From: Podarcis vaucheri
Taxonomy: Eukaryota
DNA: 64,000 nucleotides
Direction: 5' to 3' (one strand)
NCBI GenBank assembly: GCA_965113315.1
Contig: OZ220366.1
Positions within the stretch are counted from its first letter, which is position 1, and each line of letters begins with the position of its first letter. The translations under genes and the position numbers were made by a program. The notes under the pieces were generated by a model. That model was given only the letters and a program-made list of their open reading frames with translations, did not search any database and was not told the DNA's origin. Shown here one piece after another: positions 36,955-51,287 of this stretch.

Positions 36955-38315
36955 CATCCGCTTATAGCTTTTTTAAAAAAAAAGCCCCCATGAAAATTCA
37001 TCATCATTTTAGTGCAAATTTCCCCTAACAGTTATTTGTACGCAATTTCGCCTAACTCAGTATTTCTGCAAAACAATATGTTATGCACCCCTGCCTGAAA
37101 GCAATCCTACTCGCCACAGGTGACCAAGCCATCTGCAAGCCTGCTGTAAGACTGGACAAAAGAACCCAAAGGGTTTTTGTTTTTTTCACATATGGGCAGA
37201 GAAGCACATTCTACACACATAAGCAATTTGTTTAAGGGCTCCAAAAGTCATTAACAACGCTGCAGTTCTTGGAAAGTTATCAGAAAAATATATTGTAGCA
37301 AGTTCCAAAAAGAAGGGGGGAGGGCAGAGAAGGAAGTGAAGCCCTGTCAAGTTAACACACACACACACGTTATGTCAAGCTTCTTGGACAGAAAAGGCAG
37401 AAACGTATGAAGAACTAATGCAAATTGTTTCCCAAGTGGTGAAGATTTTGGACGAGGAAACATACAGAAAAGCACAAGCAAATGCTTGCTGCCTGGGAAA
37501 ACAGCAAGCTGTAGGCTGGCCACCCGTTTATATAGCCTCTTTTTGCAACAACTGAGCCAGGAATGGCTCGAGTTCTCTTCGCCTGATACTTTCCCACTCA
37601 ATTCAAAACAAGTTCTGATTTAATTTAATTAACACGTTGAGTAATACGCTGCCCTGACTGTGCAAGTAGATGTCTCCTCATCTCACTGCGCAGCGAACTA
37701 ACTCTGTCGTTCTTCTTAACCCTTCACAGGTTTCCAAGAGCTGGGGACCTCACGTTGTGTTCCGCTGAATCCACATGATCCTGGCATCAACCTCAGACTG
37801 CCAGTATTTTGTGGGAGGGATTCAAGTGCATACAAGAAACTTAGATCTGGGCAATTAAAGTGAATTAGTTGTACCTGAGATGAGCAGATAATAACCTCCG
37901 ATGTTATTAGGCTCTTGTGTTTGTAGGGGGGAAGAGTTCTAGGGTTTGCTGCTGGGCAGACTTATTTATTAAACACCACCAATCCCCCCCCCAAAGAAAG
38001 TTGACAGGGTGACAAAATTGACCCTGATGCTTATTATGTACTATTAAGTATTCTTTCGGCATTATGCATTATTATACATTGCTAATTATTATGAACCGTG
38101 TTTATATAATTATATTATGCTTTTTGTATTTAATGAAGATTATGCTATGTATTTGCATTAGGTGGTTTATGTTGCTATGCTGTAAAAAAAAAGAGGTGGC
38201 CTTTTGAAGAAGGGTGGTATATAATTTCTTAATGGTTATTATTATTATAATAATGCTCTGCTGCTGTAGCACAGCAAATCTACTTTTAAAACAAAACAAA
38301 AACACTTCTCCCTTG

Positions 38316-38467
38316 AGAGGCTGTGGGCTCTCCTTCCTTGGAGGTTTTTAAGCAGAGGCTGGATGGCCGGTCTGCCATGGGTGCTTTTGTTGACATTCTT
38401 GCATTGTAAGGGGGCTGGACTAGATGACCCTCGGATCCCTTCCAACTCTTAAGATTCTATGATTCTG
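38316..38467 (+). mobile_element. CR1 3' end fragment
   Basis: tctccttccttggaggtttttaagcagaggctggatggcc ... cccttccaactcttaagattctatgattct. Confidence 0.8.
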
Positions 38468-39471
38468 TGTCCATGACATATCCTTCTCTCTCACAGTTCC
38501 ACTTCTCCACTGAAAATCTCCCCCTCGCAGCCTCCACTCTGTAAAGGAGAAGAGGAGCCAGTGGTCAGAAACTGAAGACATGTGGTTGGAGGTGGGGATT
38601 TCTGTTGAGCTCCAAGATACTATCTGGAACAAGATTTCAAGCCTGGGTCAAAACAATAAGGGCTTTTTCTTTTCTTTTTTTGCGACTTGTCAGATTTTGA
38701 AAAAGAAGGCGTGCCATGCAATAATATTGTATATCTGAGGCTTGGTTTAATTGAAACATTGTCTATGTGCCCTTGAGAAGGGAACATAACACATGTGAAA
38801 ATAAAATTTCAACCTCAGGCGGAAGTTTACTTTCGGAGGTGCAGCTTTCATCCATGTTTGGGGTTAGCAGCAACTGGCAACCTACGTGCAAAATTTAGCC
38901 TCTAAATGAGTGCCACCTTATTTCCTCCATCCTCCAGTTCCCAACTTTGCATCGATAAGGGTCAGTTTAGAGGCAGGACAGCAGTCCCTCAAAGCCCTAC
39001 TTCTTAGAAGTGACCTTCCAGTGAAACTATTGACTTGATCAAAAAATAGGTACTTGGCTACTAAGTGCTGTGTGTGTTTAAAGTATTTCCTTTTAAATCC
39101 CACCTTTCCTCCAGACAGTCTCCTGCTCAGGTACTAGCCAGGCTCAGACCTGCATATCTTCAGAGATGGAACTACATCAGACAACTCCAGATACATTCTC
39201 TGGGCCTGAGCCATTCTCTGATTTCTATTGTTCCAGGAAAATATGAATTGGTGCAGTTCCTATGAATTAGGTACATTTACGAGTCGTGGTTGGGGAAAAG
39301 AGGTACGAATAGTCCCGTCCCGTCCCCCCCCCCGCTAATGAAATGCAGCCTTTTGAGAGTGTTTATTATTTAGAGAGCTGAATGAAATAGTGGAAAAACA
39401 TCATAGAGCTGAAGGAACTGCAGCTTTCTGCTGCATGAAATGCCAACACTTATTCAGCTAATGGTCTAAGT

Positions 39472-39607
39472 CAGGGATTCCCAAACTTGGGTCTCCAGCT
39501 GTTTTTGGACTGCAACTCCGATCATCCCCAGCTAGCAGGACCAGTGTTCAGGGATGATGGGAATTGTAGTCCAAAAACACCTGGTGACTCAAGTTTGGGA
39601 AACGCTG
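39472..39607. mobile_element. Palindromic hAT MITE
   Basis: 8-bp TSD gtctaagt; TIR cagggattcccaaactt / aagtttgggaaacgctg. Confidence 0.88.
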
Positions 39608-39635
39608 GTCTAAGTAACCTAATGGACAGTAAGTA

Positions 39636-39835
39636 CAGCGGTACCTCATTTTGAGTCCGCCTCGTTGAGCGTCCATTTCGGCAAACATTCGCGGCAAACC
39701 TGGAAGTACCAGAGCGGGTTATTTCCTGGTTTACTGCTCTGCGTGCATGTGCAGAGTGGTGCGTTGTTGTGCATCCTTTTCATCTAGCATCCGGGGCTCC
39801 GGAATGGATCCCGGTCGCAAAACAAGGTACGACTG
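39636..39835. mobile_element. Tc1/mariner-type MITE
   Basis: ta-cagcggtacct ... aggtacgactg-ta; same family as 50451-50667. Confidence 0.82.
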
Positions 39836-41087
39836 TATCTGGGGGGTGGGGGTGGACTGAGAAATCAGATGATTAACCTGGTGCCTTACTAGTCTGCAAA
39901 GGACTTAGAACTAGTTTTATGGGAGGTGGAGGCACATGAGGAGCGCATGGAAGATGGTAGTCCAGCCCCACCCCAGTGGGCTATTAGGACATCCCGTTTG
40001 CCACAGCCATTAGTCCCTCCCCACTATTGGGCTGGCACCAAGGGACTGTGATAGTGACCAGTACTCTGTCAATCTGTCCTGGATGCTTTCCAACTCTACA
40101 ATTCTATTATTCTTAAGGGGCATATTCGGCAAACCCTGCCTTATACAGACTTCTTCCCTGAGGAAGACTGTGCTGTGCACAATATAATATCCCAAGACAT
40201 TTTATGAAAAGGGGGGGGGAGGAGCCAAGGTATGATCTCTTAAGAGTCCTTGTGCCATCCTGTTTTTAAATAAATAATCTATAAGACACCATCTGCAGAC
40301 TCTAGGTCTCCCTGCCTTTATGCAAGCCGAAGGCGAACGGCACCTTGGCAGAAACAGAACCACAAACTTGGTTGGGATGCTTTTCTACAAGGCACGTGGC
40401 ATTTCAGAGCCTTAGAACGACATTGCCTTCAGGCAGGTTTAGGCAAGAAACAGAGGGCTGCTGGGCAGGCAGCACAGAAGAGAATCAGCCATTCTGCGGG
40501 CAAGTCGGTTGAAGGGAGCTCATTAGATGGCAGCACTAAACAAGCTATTGCTCGAGAAAGCTATTTCAGATACGTGCAAATGTATCTGCGCAAATGCTCC
40601 AGAGATCATCATAAACATCCACATTTAACCTAGAAGAAAATGGGCCCTTCGTGTCCCATTCAAGTCATTATTATTTTAACCACAGGGATCTGGCATTCCT
40701 GTCTGGGTAAGGGTCATCCGCACAGCAGTGTGGGAGGAAGATGGATCGGTGCCCCAGGCCACCCCCAACCCCTTTAGCGTGAACAAAGCTGCAACTCCCG
40801 CCCTGCCCGCCCTTGCCAATCTGTTCCATAGACCACAATTGCAGGGCCAAAGTAATATCCATATTTTTTTTGCTTTTCCATGTTGTTGAAATAAAAGCAC
40901 AGGAAGCTGCCCATCTTGAAACACCCTTCAAGGGCAGAGAGACAGCCTATGGGCCAAATGAGATGATGCATAAAACGTGCGAATAATAATCATTAATGAG
41001 AATGGTGAGAAGTTCAGGGTAATTTTTTAAACATTTTGACAGAAACAAGTTGTTATTATTATTAATTACATTTTTACACTGCCCTTT

Positions 41088-41323
41088 CAGTGGTACCTTG
41101 GTTTACAAACTTAATCTGTTCCGGAAGTCCGTTCTTAAACCAAGGCATGCTTTACCATAGCAGTGGGGGACTCAATTTACAAATGGAACACACTCAACAG
41201 GAAGCGAAACATCTTCTTATTCCAAGGCAAAGTTCACAAACCAAAACACCTACTTCCAGGTTTGCAGCGTTCTTAATCCAAGTTGTTCATAAACTAAGCT
41301 GTTCTTAAACCAAGGTACCACTG
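41088..41323. mobile_element. Tc1/mariner-type MITE
   Basis: TIR cagtggtaccttggttta / taaaccaaggtaccactg. Confidence 0.85.
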
Positions 41324-41524
41324 TATACCTGTAGGTCTCAGGACTGTTCACACTACCCAAGCTTATGCCCTGGGGAGGTCACTTCGGTGCTGCTAACACA
41401 GTGGTTTTACTTCACCCCCAGAGACGCACTTCATTGTCTCTCGAGATAGACGCATGCCAACTATATCTTCCAGGCAGCTCAAGCTGGCATTCATAGTTCC
41501 CCCCGTCCCCACTATCTCCTATGA

Positions 41525-41629
41525 CAGGCATGGCCAAACTTGGTCCTCCAGCTGTTTTGGGACTACAATTCCCATCGTCCCTGACCACTGGCCCTGTTAG
41601 CTAGGGAGGGCCAAGTTTGGCCATGCCTG
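41525..41629. mobile_element. hAT MITE
   Basis: TIR caggcatggccaaacttgg / ccaagtttggccatgcctg; 8-bp TSD tcctatga. Confidence 0.9.
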
Positions 41630-44169
41630 TCCTATGAGGTAGGTTAGGCTGAAAGAGAGTGAATGACTGAAAATTGCCCCATGAACTTCATGACCAAGCA
41701 GGGATTTAAACCCTCCCTGGTCTCCCAATCAGTTGATGCTTTGCTATATAGGAATACTAGTACTCCCAATTCTGTGTCAACTACACCCTCACAGCAGCCA
41801 TTTTGTGCCAAGCCACGCCATCTTGGGGTAGCCATTTTGTGACTGGTGCCCACACAATTCTTTAAAAATTCCAAATTTGTCCCCTGGCCCAAGAAGTTTC
41901 AAACCACTGTACCAAACTATGCTGGCTCTTTAGCAGACATAGGCAGGCTGTCTTGCTCAAAAGAACTGCACTGGAAACATATAAACTGAAGTTAATTTGA
42001 AAGTTATAATGTGCATAATTAAGAACAATTCTTCCAACGTTTGCGTGTATATGGTGGATTAGAGCCATCTGCCTTTTGGCTATGCTTTCTGTAGCACATT
42101 CATCCACTTTCAAAATGTAATTTCTGGCATTGATGAGTCTTCTCCTGGCCAGCTGAATCCATGTGTCAACCAAAGTTATAAGAAGGCCTGATACTGCCAG
42201 ACTCAAGTCCAGAAATCATTTTTACCTTCCCACCCACCAGCCCAACATGGAGTACTGAGTGCATTAACTTGTGACATTTAAACATTGTGGTGTTTTTGTC
42301 TTTACTGCTGCCTTTCTTTCTTTAAAAACTGAGGAGAAACTCCCTCCCTAACAAAAAGCACCCTCCTTTACATATATTTTTTTTCCAGGACACTGCACAC
42401 ATGGGCAAAGGCAGCCACCCATTCAGAGGGACTTCAGGAAACACGGCCTTCAACTTTGAATTGATTTCATGGCATCACTACATAACCAAAGCAGACGGGC
42501 TGCGACGGCGCCACCACTGAGCATGTGACTCCAGGCCGCGGGATCACTATTCCCAACATGGTTTCATAAACAAAAAACAAAGAGGCAGAAAAGATGTCAA
42601 AGAAGCGGAAAAATAGGGACAACCAAGAGGTGCAATAAAAGAGGAACATTTGGGAGGAATATTCTGAAGAACCAATGGTTTCAAGCAAGGTAATCATAGA
42701 TATGGCATAGCGAGCTCTGAGCACGGATCTTTGTGTAGTCCAAATGGCATCATTCACACACAAAGGAGATTTCAGCAGGCGTGGAGGAACTCTAAGCTTG
42801 CAGAAGTATCGAAAATTATAACAAAAAAGTGGGGGAAGAGTCCAAAACAGATGAATGAGGTCTGAGCACATTAAATGGCTTTTGGGGGGGGGGAGAAAGG
42901 AGAAGAAGATCAGGGGGTGGAAGAATTGAATGAAATACCCTGAAAGAAGACATAGCTGGATGGCTCCCTAAGCAGAAGCATTCCACACTTCAGAAATTTG
43001 CTTCTGGTCCCACTTGAAATAATCTAAAAGCCAGTTTGCAACTCTCTACCATGCTATAGGTGTCCAACGAAAACCATTGATAAAGCTTTTGGGGAGGGGG
43101 GAGTGCTTGACTCTCATTGGCTGGGGTTTACTAGGGCCAGAGAACAGGTTTGGTCCTCATTCCAAGTGTGCTAAATGCATCCCTTTCCTTCCTGCCACAT
43201 AAATGAAGGATTGCCATTTGCTTACATGGGGAAAAGTCAACTGCTGCCCTTTGGGATAGTGCTGCAGTATGGACAAGAGCCAGAACCCCAAAACCCTATT
43301 GCACCTTACTATCCATTCCTGACACAAGCGCCCCAGCTCTCACAGAGTAGAATCCAGCAGAGCAATGCCAACTTGGGGCAGAGGTGGATATAAACTGCAC
43401 CCGCCTCGAAGAGTCCTTGCAGTAATCAGGACTTTTCTCCACGCACAAACCACCTTGGCACAATAGAGGCATTTGCAAGTCAGCCTATATAGTAATACAC
43501 AGCTCGGGAGCAATAGCAAAGAATACAGTCAAGTTTATTTTGTTGACTTCTGCTGTTTTATTGCCTCTGTTCAACAGCTTGAAACGGAGAGATATCTGGT
43601 TGCAACAGAAAAAGAAATCTTTTCTTGCTGTGGAAACTTCCACAATCTCAGTGAGACAATTCAGCATTAAAATTTCATGCCGCACCACTCAAGAGAAGAA
43701 ACTCTGAAACGTGACTGTACTGTTTGCCAAAAGGACTGTGTGTCATCCAAGCTATGCATAAGTTCAGACGGAGGACTTTGTCCCAAGAATCTTCAGTTCT
43801 ATAAACTTAAAAAAACTAGTCAATCCCTTCAGACCGATTATTACAGTCAACAAATCCAAGCATGTTTGCAAATTATTCCCAGTTTAGCTCCCGTAACACC
43901 CAACCTCTTTTTGCTTTATCTGTTTTTCCCCCAAATGAAGCTCTCCTGCAATTATTTTACTTCAAGAATCACCATCTGCTTTGATAGCCTTTGCTTGAGC
44001 ATGCTTTAAAAGGAACCTGCTCCAGCCATGATGTGCCACGTTTCTTTGGAGTAAAGATCAATCTGAACTGCTGATTCATTTAACATCCATCCGCCCAGAT
44101 GCTTTTTCATGCTTTTAAAGACAATCAGGGAAGTGATGTACCTGTGGCTCCTAGCAGTCTATTTTAATA

Positions 44170-44393
44170 CAGTTAGCCCGCAATTTGCGCATGGGTTACA
44201 TTTTGGGGGTCGCATCTGAAGCCAAAATAGTCAAAACACACTGGCAAGTGGGAATACAAATGTCTCCCCCCCCGAATGCCCACCCCCTTTCAGCCCCCTT
44301 TCAATTTTATTTTTTTTTTTTGCCAGCACATAAAGCTGAATGCATGCAAGCAGATGTGCACAAGTTAAATCTGCATAAATTGTGGGATTACTG
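44170..44393. mobile_element. Older Tc1/mariner-type MITE
   Basis: ta-cagttagcccgcaattt ... aaattgtgggattactg-ta. Confidence 0.6.
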
Positions 44394-44494
44394 TACATAC
44401 ACATCTCACCTTTCCTCAGAGTTCAAGGCAGTGCACATGGTTCTTTCCCACCCCATTTTATCTACAATACCACACCTGTGAGGTGAGGTTAGAC

Positions 44495-44634
44495 CAGGGT
44501 TTCCCAAACTTGGGTCTCCAGCTGTTTGTGGACAACAGCTCCCACCATCCCTAGCTTAGCAGGACCAGTGTGGTCAGGGATTATGGGAATTCGTCGTCCA
44601 AAAACCGATGGAGACCCCTATTTGGGAAACCCAG
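44495..44634. mobile_element. Palindromic hAT MITE
   Basis: 8-bp TSD ggttagac; same family as 39472-39607. Confidence 0.87.
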
Positions 44635-44985
44635 GGTTAGACCAAGAGATGTGCCCAAGGCTACCTGGGTGAGCTTGGTGGCTGAGGTTTCACTGGTTCG
44701 GGCCCAATACTTTCACTACTGGCACCACACTGGCAGATTGATCTTCTCCCTGCCACGCTCAAATACCTTAAGGAGCAACAGGAGGCTACTTCAACTCCCA
44801 CACTAGGGTTGCCCACACTTCCAGGAATGAAACCATCATGAGGAGGAGCTGTAAGATAGTCTCCTCCTGTATGCCCAGTCTCTCATTACCTTTGGGGTAT
44901 TGCAGTGCACCTACTTACTGGCATCACTCTGCTAAACTAAGAAGGGAGAGACAGAGAACAGTTCTAGACATTGTATGGACTAAAC

Positions 44986-45240
44986 CAAGGGTCAGTAAAC
45001 TTTTTCAGCAGGGGGCTAGTCTACTGTCCCTCAGGTCTTGTAAGGGGCCAGACTACTTTTTTTTTTGGGGGGGGGGATGAACGAATTCCTATGCCCCACA
45101 AATAACCCAAAGATGCATTTTAAATAAAAGAACACATTCTACTCATGTAAAAACACGCTGATTCCCGGACCGTCCGTGGGCCAGATTGAGAAGGCGATTG
45201 GGCTGGATCCGGTCCCCGGGCCTTAGTTTGCCTACCTATG
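44986..45240. mobile_element. hAT-like non-autonomous element
   Basis: caagggtcagtaaact ... agtttgcctacctatg; near-perfect TSD gactaaac/gactcaac. Confidence 0.75.
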
Positions 45241-46396
45241 GACTCAACTGACAAGATTTTGGGTTGCACCTTCTGGGATGCTTCCCTGCACGTTAGACTG
45301 CAGGGGACCAGAGACCTACTGAATTCTTTCTGTAACATAAAGTTTGCTGCATGTTCTGAACTGGCAACTCAAAGAGCAAGGAGGCTCTTTCCCTGGTGTG
45401 CTACTTTATGAGCATTCAGAAATGCAACCCTCGTGTCCATCTCTAGTCTGAAGCGGCACAGCCCAGAATTCTGTCCCCATCAATCTGTATAAAGCACAGG
45501 AAAATATCTCAGTGATTCACCCAAGGACACAAGAAGTGTCCCCAATTCTGCATTTTCCTCTGTATGTTGGGAGAATCCCTGGGTAGGTGACTCAACTTAC
45601 AAGAGAAGTTGCTCTTTTAAAAAAGGAAGAAGTTATTTATAGATCGGTTCTCCAGACCCAGAACTATATGGTTGTTCATTCTGGGTTAATTTAAAAGCAA
45701 CACTATAAATAGGGATGGGAGTTGACGACATCCAGTGATGCAATCCTTGTCTGTTGTGCGCTAGAAATGACATTTTAGAGGCCCTCTTTCTACGACCCCA
45801 AACTGTTTTACTGCTGCAGTTCTGTACATGTACACATTTCTAAGCATGTGAAAATATTTTATACATCAGGTTAGGGTTTGGGGGGGGGGCCTAGAAGAGC
45901 TAAACTGCATTGGTAAACAACCGAAGTAAAAATATTTGTGAGCCAAATCTAGACTTTATCTTGCAATCCATGGGTAATTCCTATTTTTGTTTCCTTTTTA
46001 AATTGTGAAATGTTCCGTTAGGCACCCTGAAGGCATTTGAAAAATAGTTTTTTTCAAATAATAAAAATAAATGATAGACTAGAAGGAGCATTTTTCCTTT
46101 AGCCTCCGTGAATTCAGTCATGTTGGAAGGTTGTTTTGCCTGTCCAAGTTTGAATTTGGCAGAGCTTGGTGGGTGTGGGAGATGATATTCTGCACAGGGT
46201 GTTAGGAGGAAGAGGGAGAGTGAGAGAGAGAGCTCAGCAGGGAGAAATCATTTAACAACTGAAACAGAAACCTGACCTGCAACTCATACCATACTTTCAT
46301 TGATGAACTGTAAATTTCTATAGGAATCAGCATTTTTGATTGTGAAAGCAGTCTGTAAGGCATCCAACTTATTCTGAGCCAAAACTGCTTCAAATG

Positions 46397-46576
46397 CCAT
46401 GTTTACTTGAGTCTAATGCGCCATCGAATCTAGCATGCACCTCAATTTTCAGACCCTTGAAACCAAAAAAAGTATTTGCTGCTGAATGTAAATGTGCCAT
46501 CAGATCTAATGCACACCTTGATTTTCACAACATAACGTGGCCAAAAAAGGCGAGCATTAGATTTGAGTAAATACGG
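46397..46576. mobile_element. Tc2/pogo-like MITE
   Basis: ccatgtttacttgagtctaatgc ... gcattagatttgagtaaatacgg-ta. Confidence 0.7.
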
Positions 46577-47403
46577 TAATCCTTCAATAACATGTAGGAA
46601 ATTGCTAGGTTATTTCTAACTATTAAACAGTGCTTGTGCATTTAGAAAAGGAAAGCATGACATCGGTTTCTCTTAAATTCTAATCACCTTGCTCATAGCA
46701 AGACTCTTTTATTAGTTGAGCTGAAAACAAAAATCTGCTTTATGTTCTTTCAGAGCCTCAAAGTTTTAAATCTAACCAGCACATCATTTCAACTATTTTC
46801 AAAGAGAGAGATTAAGGTGCCAAATGCAGCAACATGGAAGTAAACACCTTAAATAGAAGATTGCTTTGCTTCACTGCAGAATGCATAAGCAGGAGCATTT
46901 ACTCAATTCTAACAAACTCCTTTGCTCTTATATGGTTTTACTAATGCTTCAAATCTAGGTCAACAAGAGCTGAGCTTGCATGTAATGCTTGATTCACGAG
47001 CATGGTTTATTTGTGGTTAAACTATGGTTAAGACACTAGGGAAGGTTCGGATGAGCAAATCAAACCTTGATTTGTAAGCCATGACTTGACGTGTTATGTG
47101 CAAACAAGGCCAATGTGTGAGATGAAAGGGAATCGTGATTTTTCAGGAAAGCTGCAGAACTACATTTGTGCAAGAGCCATGCATGGGTGCAGGTATCTCA
47201 TTTCCTTACAGCCAAACCATGAATTGACCTCCAATCTGCACCTGTGGATAGGTGGGAAGACAGGGGGTTCGGAGTTCAAATGTGAGGTACCAAGTGTGCA
47301 TTGAAACAGCACCAAATAAACGTCCTGGAGAGGTTTTATATGTATTCTGGGCCAATTAAAAGACAATGCCCTTCAGTTCTAGAAACCACAGAAAGGGCCA
47401 GTA

Positions 47404-47633
47404 CAGTCATACCTTGGATCTCGAACGAATTGGCTCCCGAACAATCAAAACCTGGAAGTGAGTGTTCCGGATTTCGAACAGATTTCGAATTGGAAGCTGA
47501 ACGTCCGACGCGGCTTCCAATTGGCTGCAGGAGCTTCCTGCAGCCAATCAGAAGCCGTACTTTGGTTTTCAAACTTTTGGGAAGTCGAACAGACTTCTGG
47601 AACAGATTCCATTCGACTTCCAAGGTACGACTG
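47404..47633. mobile_element. Tc1/mariner-type MITE
   Basis: ta-cagtcataccttgga ... tccaaggtacgactg-ta, with an internal palindrome attggctgcagga/tcctgcagccaat. Confidence 0.85.
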
Positions 47634-50127
47634 TAATCGTAAGCATTTAACATTAGCCAAGGAAGAAACATGCATCCTAGCCTCTAGGCAAGCTCCCCTT
47701 GCTGGCAACAAGTCTCTCCAACTACTAAGCCACATAATCCAAGGTAACCCATCAAACCATTTGCCGCCTCTTGGTTTGGCATTTCCTATGTAATAAAGCA
47801 GCTGGAAGAATACCATCTTTATAGCTTTTAAATTAACTACACCAGGAAATGGGGTGGGTGTTTCTTGTGTCCTTAAGGTTCTCTACACAGAAGAGCAAGT
47901 CACTCAATAGTCAATATTTTTCTCAGTGCGAGTCCTGAGCACCACAGACTGAGATCCATGCCAAGTTGTACAAGGCTGGCTAGAGGGCAGCCAACACATG
48001 AGGATCTTAAAAAAAAAAAAGTGGGTCAAAGTTCAGAATTCTTGCTTTTTATAACAGAGTACAGATTGAATGCGAATCTCGACATTGTGCCAGATCTACT
48101 CACCCTGCAAGCTATTTTTAAAAAGGCAAGACATCCCCAACCAGCCAATCTTCCCTCTAGAATCGGAGCAGTCATTGGGAACTTATTTCCAAATATATTA
48201 CATTCTCTCCATTAGGGCTCAGTCATGCAGCTCTTCCAAGGTATCCTGTAACTCACTTTCACTGTGGATTTCGTCAGCACAACCAAAAAGCAGACCCTCT
48301 AAGTGTCACTATTTTCCAGGGACATCCCTGATTTAGAGAAGACATCCTGGTTTCTGATTTGATCCCAGAATGTCCTACTTTTCCTTATGGCATCCATATT
48401 TTCATTAGAGAAATGTTGGAGGATATGGACTTATCCACCCCCTGAGCTGTCTGAAGGCAATCCTGTATAGGAAAGGTTTCTTTTAATGTTTAATATTTTA
48501 TTATGTTCTTATATATGTTGGAAGCTGCCCAGAGTGGCTGGGGCAACCCAGTAAGGTGTGTGGGGTATAAATAGTAAAATTATCATTATGGAATGGGACG
48601 TCCCTGTTTCCATTGGAGAAATATTGGAGGGTATGAAAAAGCAAAACGAAGACAAGAGTGAATAAAAGTGAGGAAGGAGGTCTAGATAGGGGACTCAACC
48701 CTTCGGCATGGCTGCAACTACAGATGCAGCAAAAGTCTTTAAGTCATGACACCATGTTAATGCTTCTCCACATTAAAAAAAAATCTCCTTGCAAGCTGAG
48801 CAGAGCATGGAAGATGGGCTACCACCTCTCTTTGATGTGTCATCTTTCTATGTGCAGGGAGTTGATTTTAATGCGAGGAGAGCTTTAGAAAATCATTCTT
48901 CCCCATCAAAACAAAGTCATCAACCAGAATTCCTACAATTCTTTGGAAGAAGCTGTGAAAAGGACTAGAAGAACACCAATAAAAAAATGTAGTATGTTTA
49001 GGCTCTTGGGCGCAACCTACCTTCGTGATCTGGTTATTTGAAAGAAAACCCAGGACACTTCTGTCCTATTGCACAGTTTCCAACGGGACAGCTCAAAAGA
49101 TCTGATGCTGGCTGCATACCCACCCAACCCAACGCATTGCTCAGGATTACCAGAGCCTTATTTGTAGGCATTTCTAGCCAAAAAACAGTACAAAACTGAT
49201 GCAACAGGAGCACTGCGAAGAGAGTTATGCTGTATGATAGCCATAGTCAAGCGCTTCTGGATCAACTCAGAAGACTCATTATTTTAAAGCTGTTTCAGCA
49301 ACTACCAACACTGCACAGAATGCTTACGCAGCTCTCCAGGAAACATATACAAAAAGTTTTAAGAGTGTAGACTGCTCAGTATCTTGGAAGTTGATTTTAG
49401 AGCACGGACAATTAAGAACTCTCCCAACACACTCAGCCTATTTTGTCTCTGCCAGCAGAAACCTGGCTTAGTTGTCACAGGAAGGGCTGAGCTTCACATT
49501 GCAGGTACTTTCAGAATTCTTTTGTAATGCTTAATTTTTCTCTCTAGTGTAATGTACATAATCACAGAAGCAGCAGTGTGATGCAGAAGACTAGCATGTG
49601 TATCTTTTTCCCAGGGGGCGGCGAAAGGGGGTATCAAAATCAGCTTGGAGGGAGAAATATTCATCAGAACAATGGCATAAATATTCAGCAGGACAATGGG
49701 CCAGGCTTCAACTCCAAAGCATGGCCTCAGTAGTCTTGGTTTTTGTTTCAAAGGAGCCCCATCCTAAGGCTGCACCCCAAACAAGCTTACCTGGGAAAAA
49801 CCTCATTGAAATTAAAGGGATTTTCAAGGAAACATGCTTAGGATGGGGGTACAAGTTGCACATCTCTCCCCTACTTGCCACAAATCACTTTGGCAGCCAA
49901 ACGTTAAGACTACAGACAGGGAACCTGAAGCCCAAAGGCCTCACTATCTTCTCACTTAGCTCTCTCACCTTGGCCCACAGCAACTCTGCCCTGAATCCTG
50001 CTCAAGTGTTCTTTCCTGGCTGGAATGTGTCCTTGAACTCTGATAGTGACTCTTTGCTTGCCTACATGGAGGATAAAGTGTGTGCATGGGTAGAAAGTTA
50101 GTCTTTGCACAAAGGTAAAATTGCTCC

Positions 50128-50205
50128 GAAGACAGAGGTGCCTGGTGTGCTCTGGTCCATGGGGTCACGAAGAGTCGGACATGACTAAACGACTAAACAA
50201 CAACA
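50128..50205 (+). mobile_element. BovB/RTE LINE extreme 3' end
   Basis: gtccatggggtcacgaagagtcggacatgactaaacgactaaacaacaaca; 11-bp TSD aaaattgctcc. Confidence 0.85.
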
Positions 50206-50450
50206 AAAATTGCTCCATCGCTTTTGGCTCTGGCCTCAACCCCTCCGGGACCTGGAAGGTCACCCGGGTGAGAAATGCCCTTCCCTAGATTTAAACACTC
50301 CTCATCTTTAAATATTTCAGGCGTACACCTAAAATACACACCTAAAAATGTAAAACGGAATTGTTACAAACGTGTGTTTCTAAACTTGAGCATCCTATCA
50401 GGAAGCCCCAGTTTGCTGCTGCTCCCTGGAGAGAGAGTTTTGTTTATTTA

Positions 50451-50667
50451 CAGTAATACCTCTGCGAACGTCCGCCTCGTCTAGCGTCCATTCCGGCAAA
50501 CGTCCACGGCAAACCTGGAAGTACTGGAATGGGTTTGCCACTCACACATGCACAGAAGCGCAAACTGCCCCGCGCACGTGTGCAGACGCTGCGCTTTGCC
50601 CTGCATCCTTTTCGGCTAGCAGCTGGGGCTCCGGAACAGATCCCGGTCGCAAAACAAGGTACGACTG
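50451..50667. mobile_element. Tc1/mariner-type MITE
   Basis: ta-cagtaatacct ... aggtacgactg-ta. Confidence 0.82.
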
Positions 50668-51287
50668 TATTAAATTTGTGAAGTGCACATTTCCTGGGAA
50701 AACCATGTGTGAAATGGCGCTGAGAAAGCTGATCACAGCATTTGATAAACAAATCCTACAAGTCTCCTCTGAAAAAGGATCCCCTCATTGCCGTTTCTTT
50801 AGTCCTATATTATAGGTCTACTTTTTCGTTTCTCGGCTTTTAATCAAAAAGATACCAGAGATCCAAAATGCTGTTCGAGACAAACGGCTTCTTGTTTTCA
50901 AGCCAGTGTCAAGACTAAGAACACATGTTATAGCCACATCTGAAGACTGCCTGCGTTTTGGATGCTGGCCAGTATTCCCCACCCCAAGGAAAACCAGTTT
51001 CCCCATAGCCACAGCTGCAGAGCCAACTTTTACGGAGCAAGGAAACGCCGTCACATTCTCTGCTGCAAACTGTCTAACCGGCTGCTGATGAAAGGGCAAA
51101 ATGTACCCATTTGCTGCTTCCTGTGTAAAGCCAATTTCTATTCTGAAACACCAGTTGGGGCCACGGCACTGAAGTTAGGTGGGTTAAAATGGGTACAGGG
51201 ATATGAAATGGGCTGGGGGTATGAACTGATGCTCCACCTTTGCTGAACTTATTTCTCTGTTTAACAAAACATATATTCCGCTTGATT

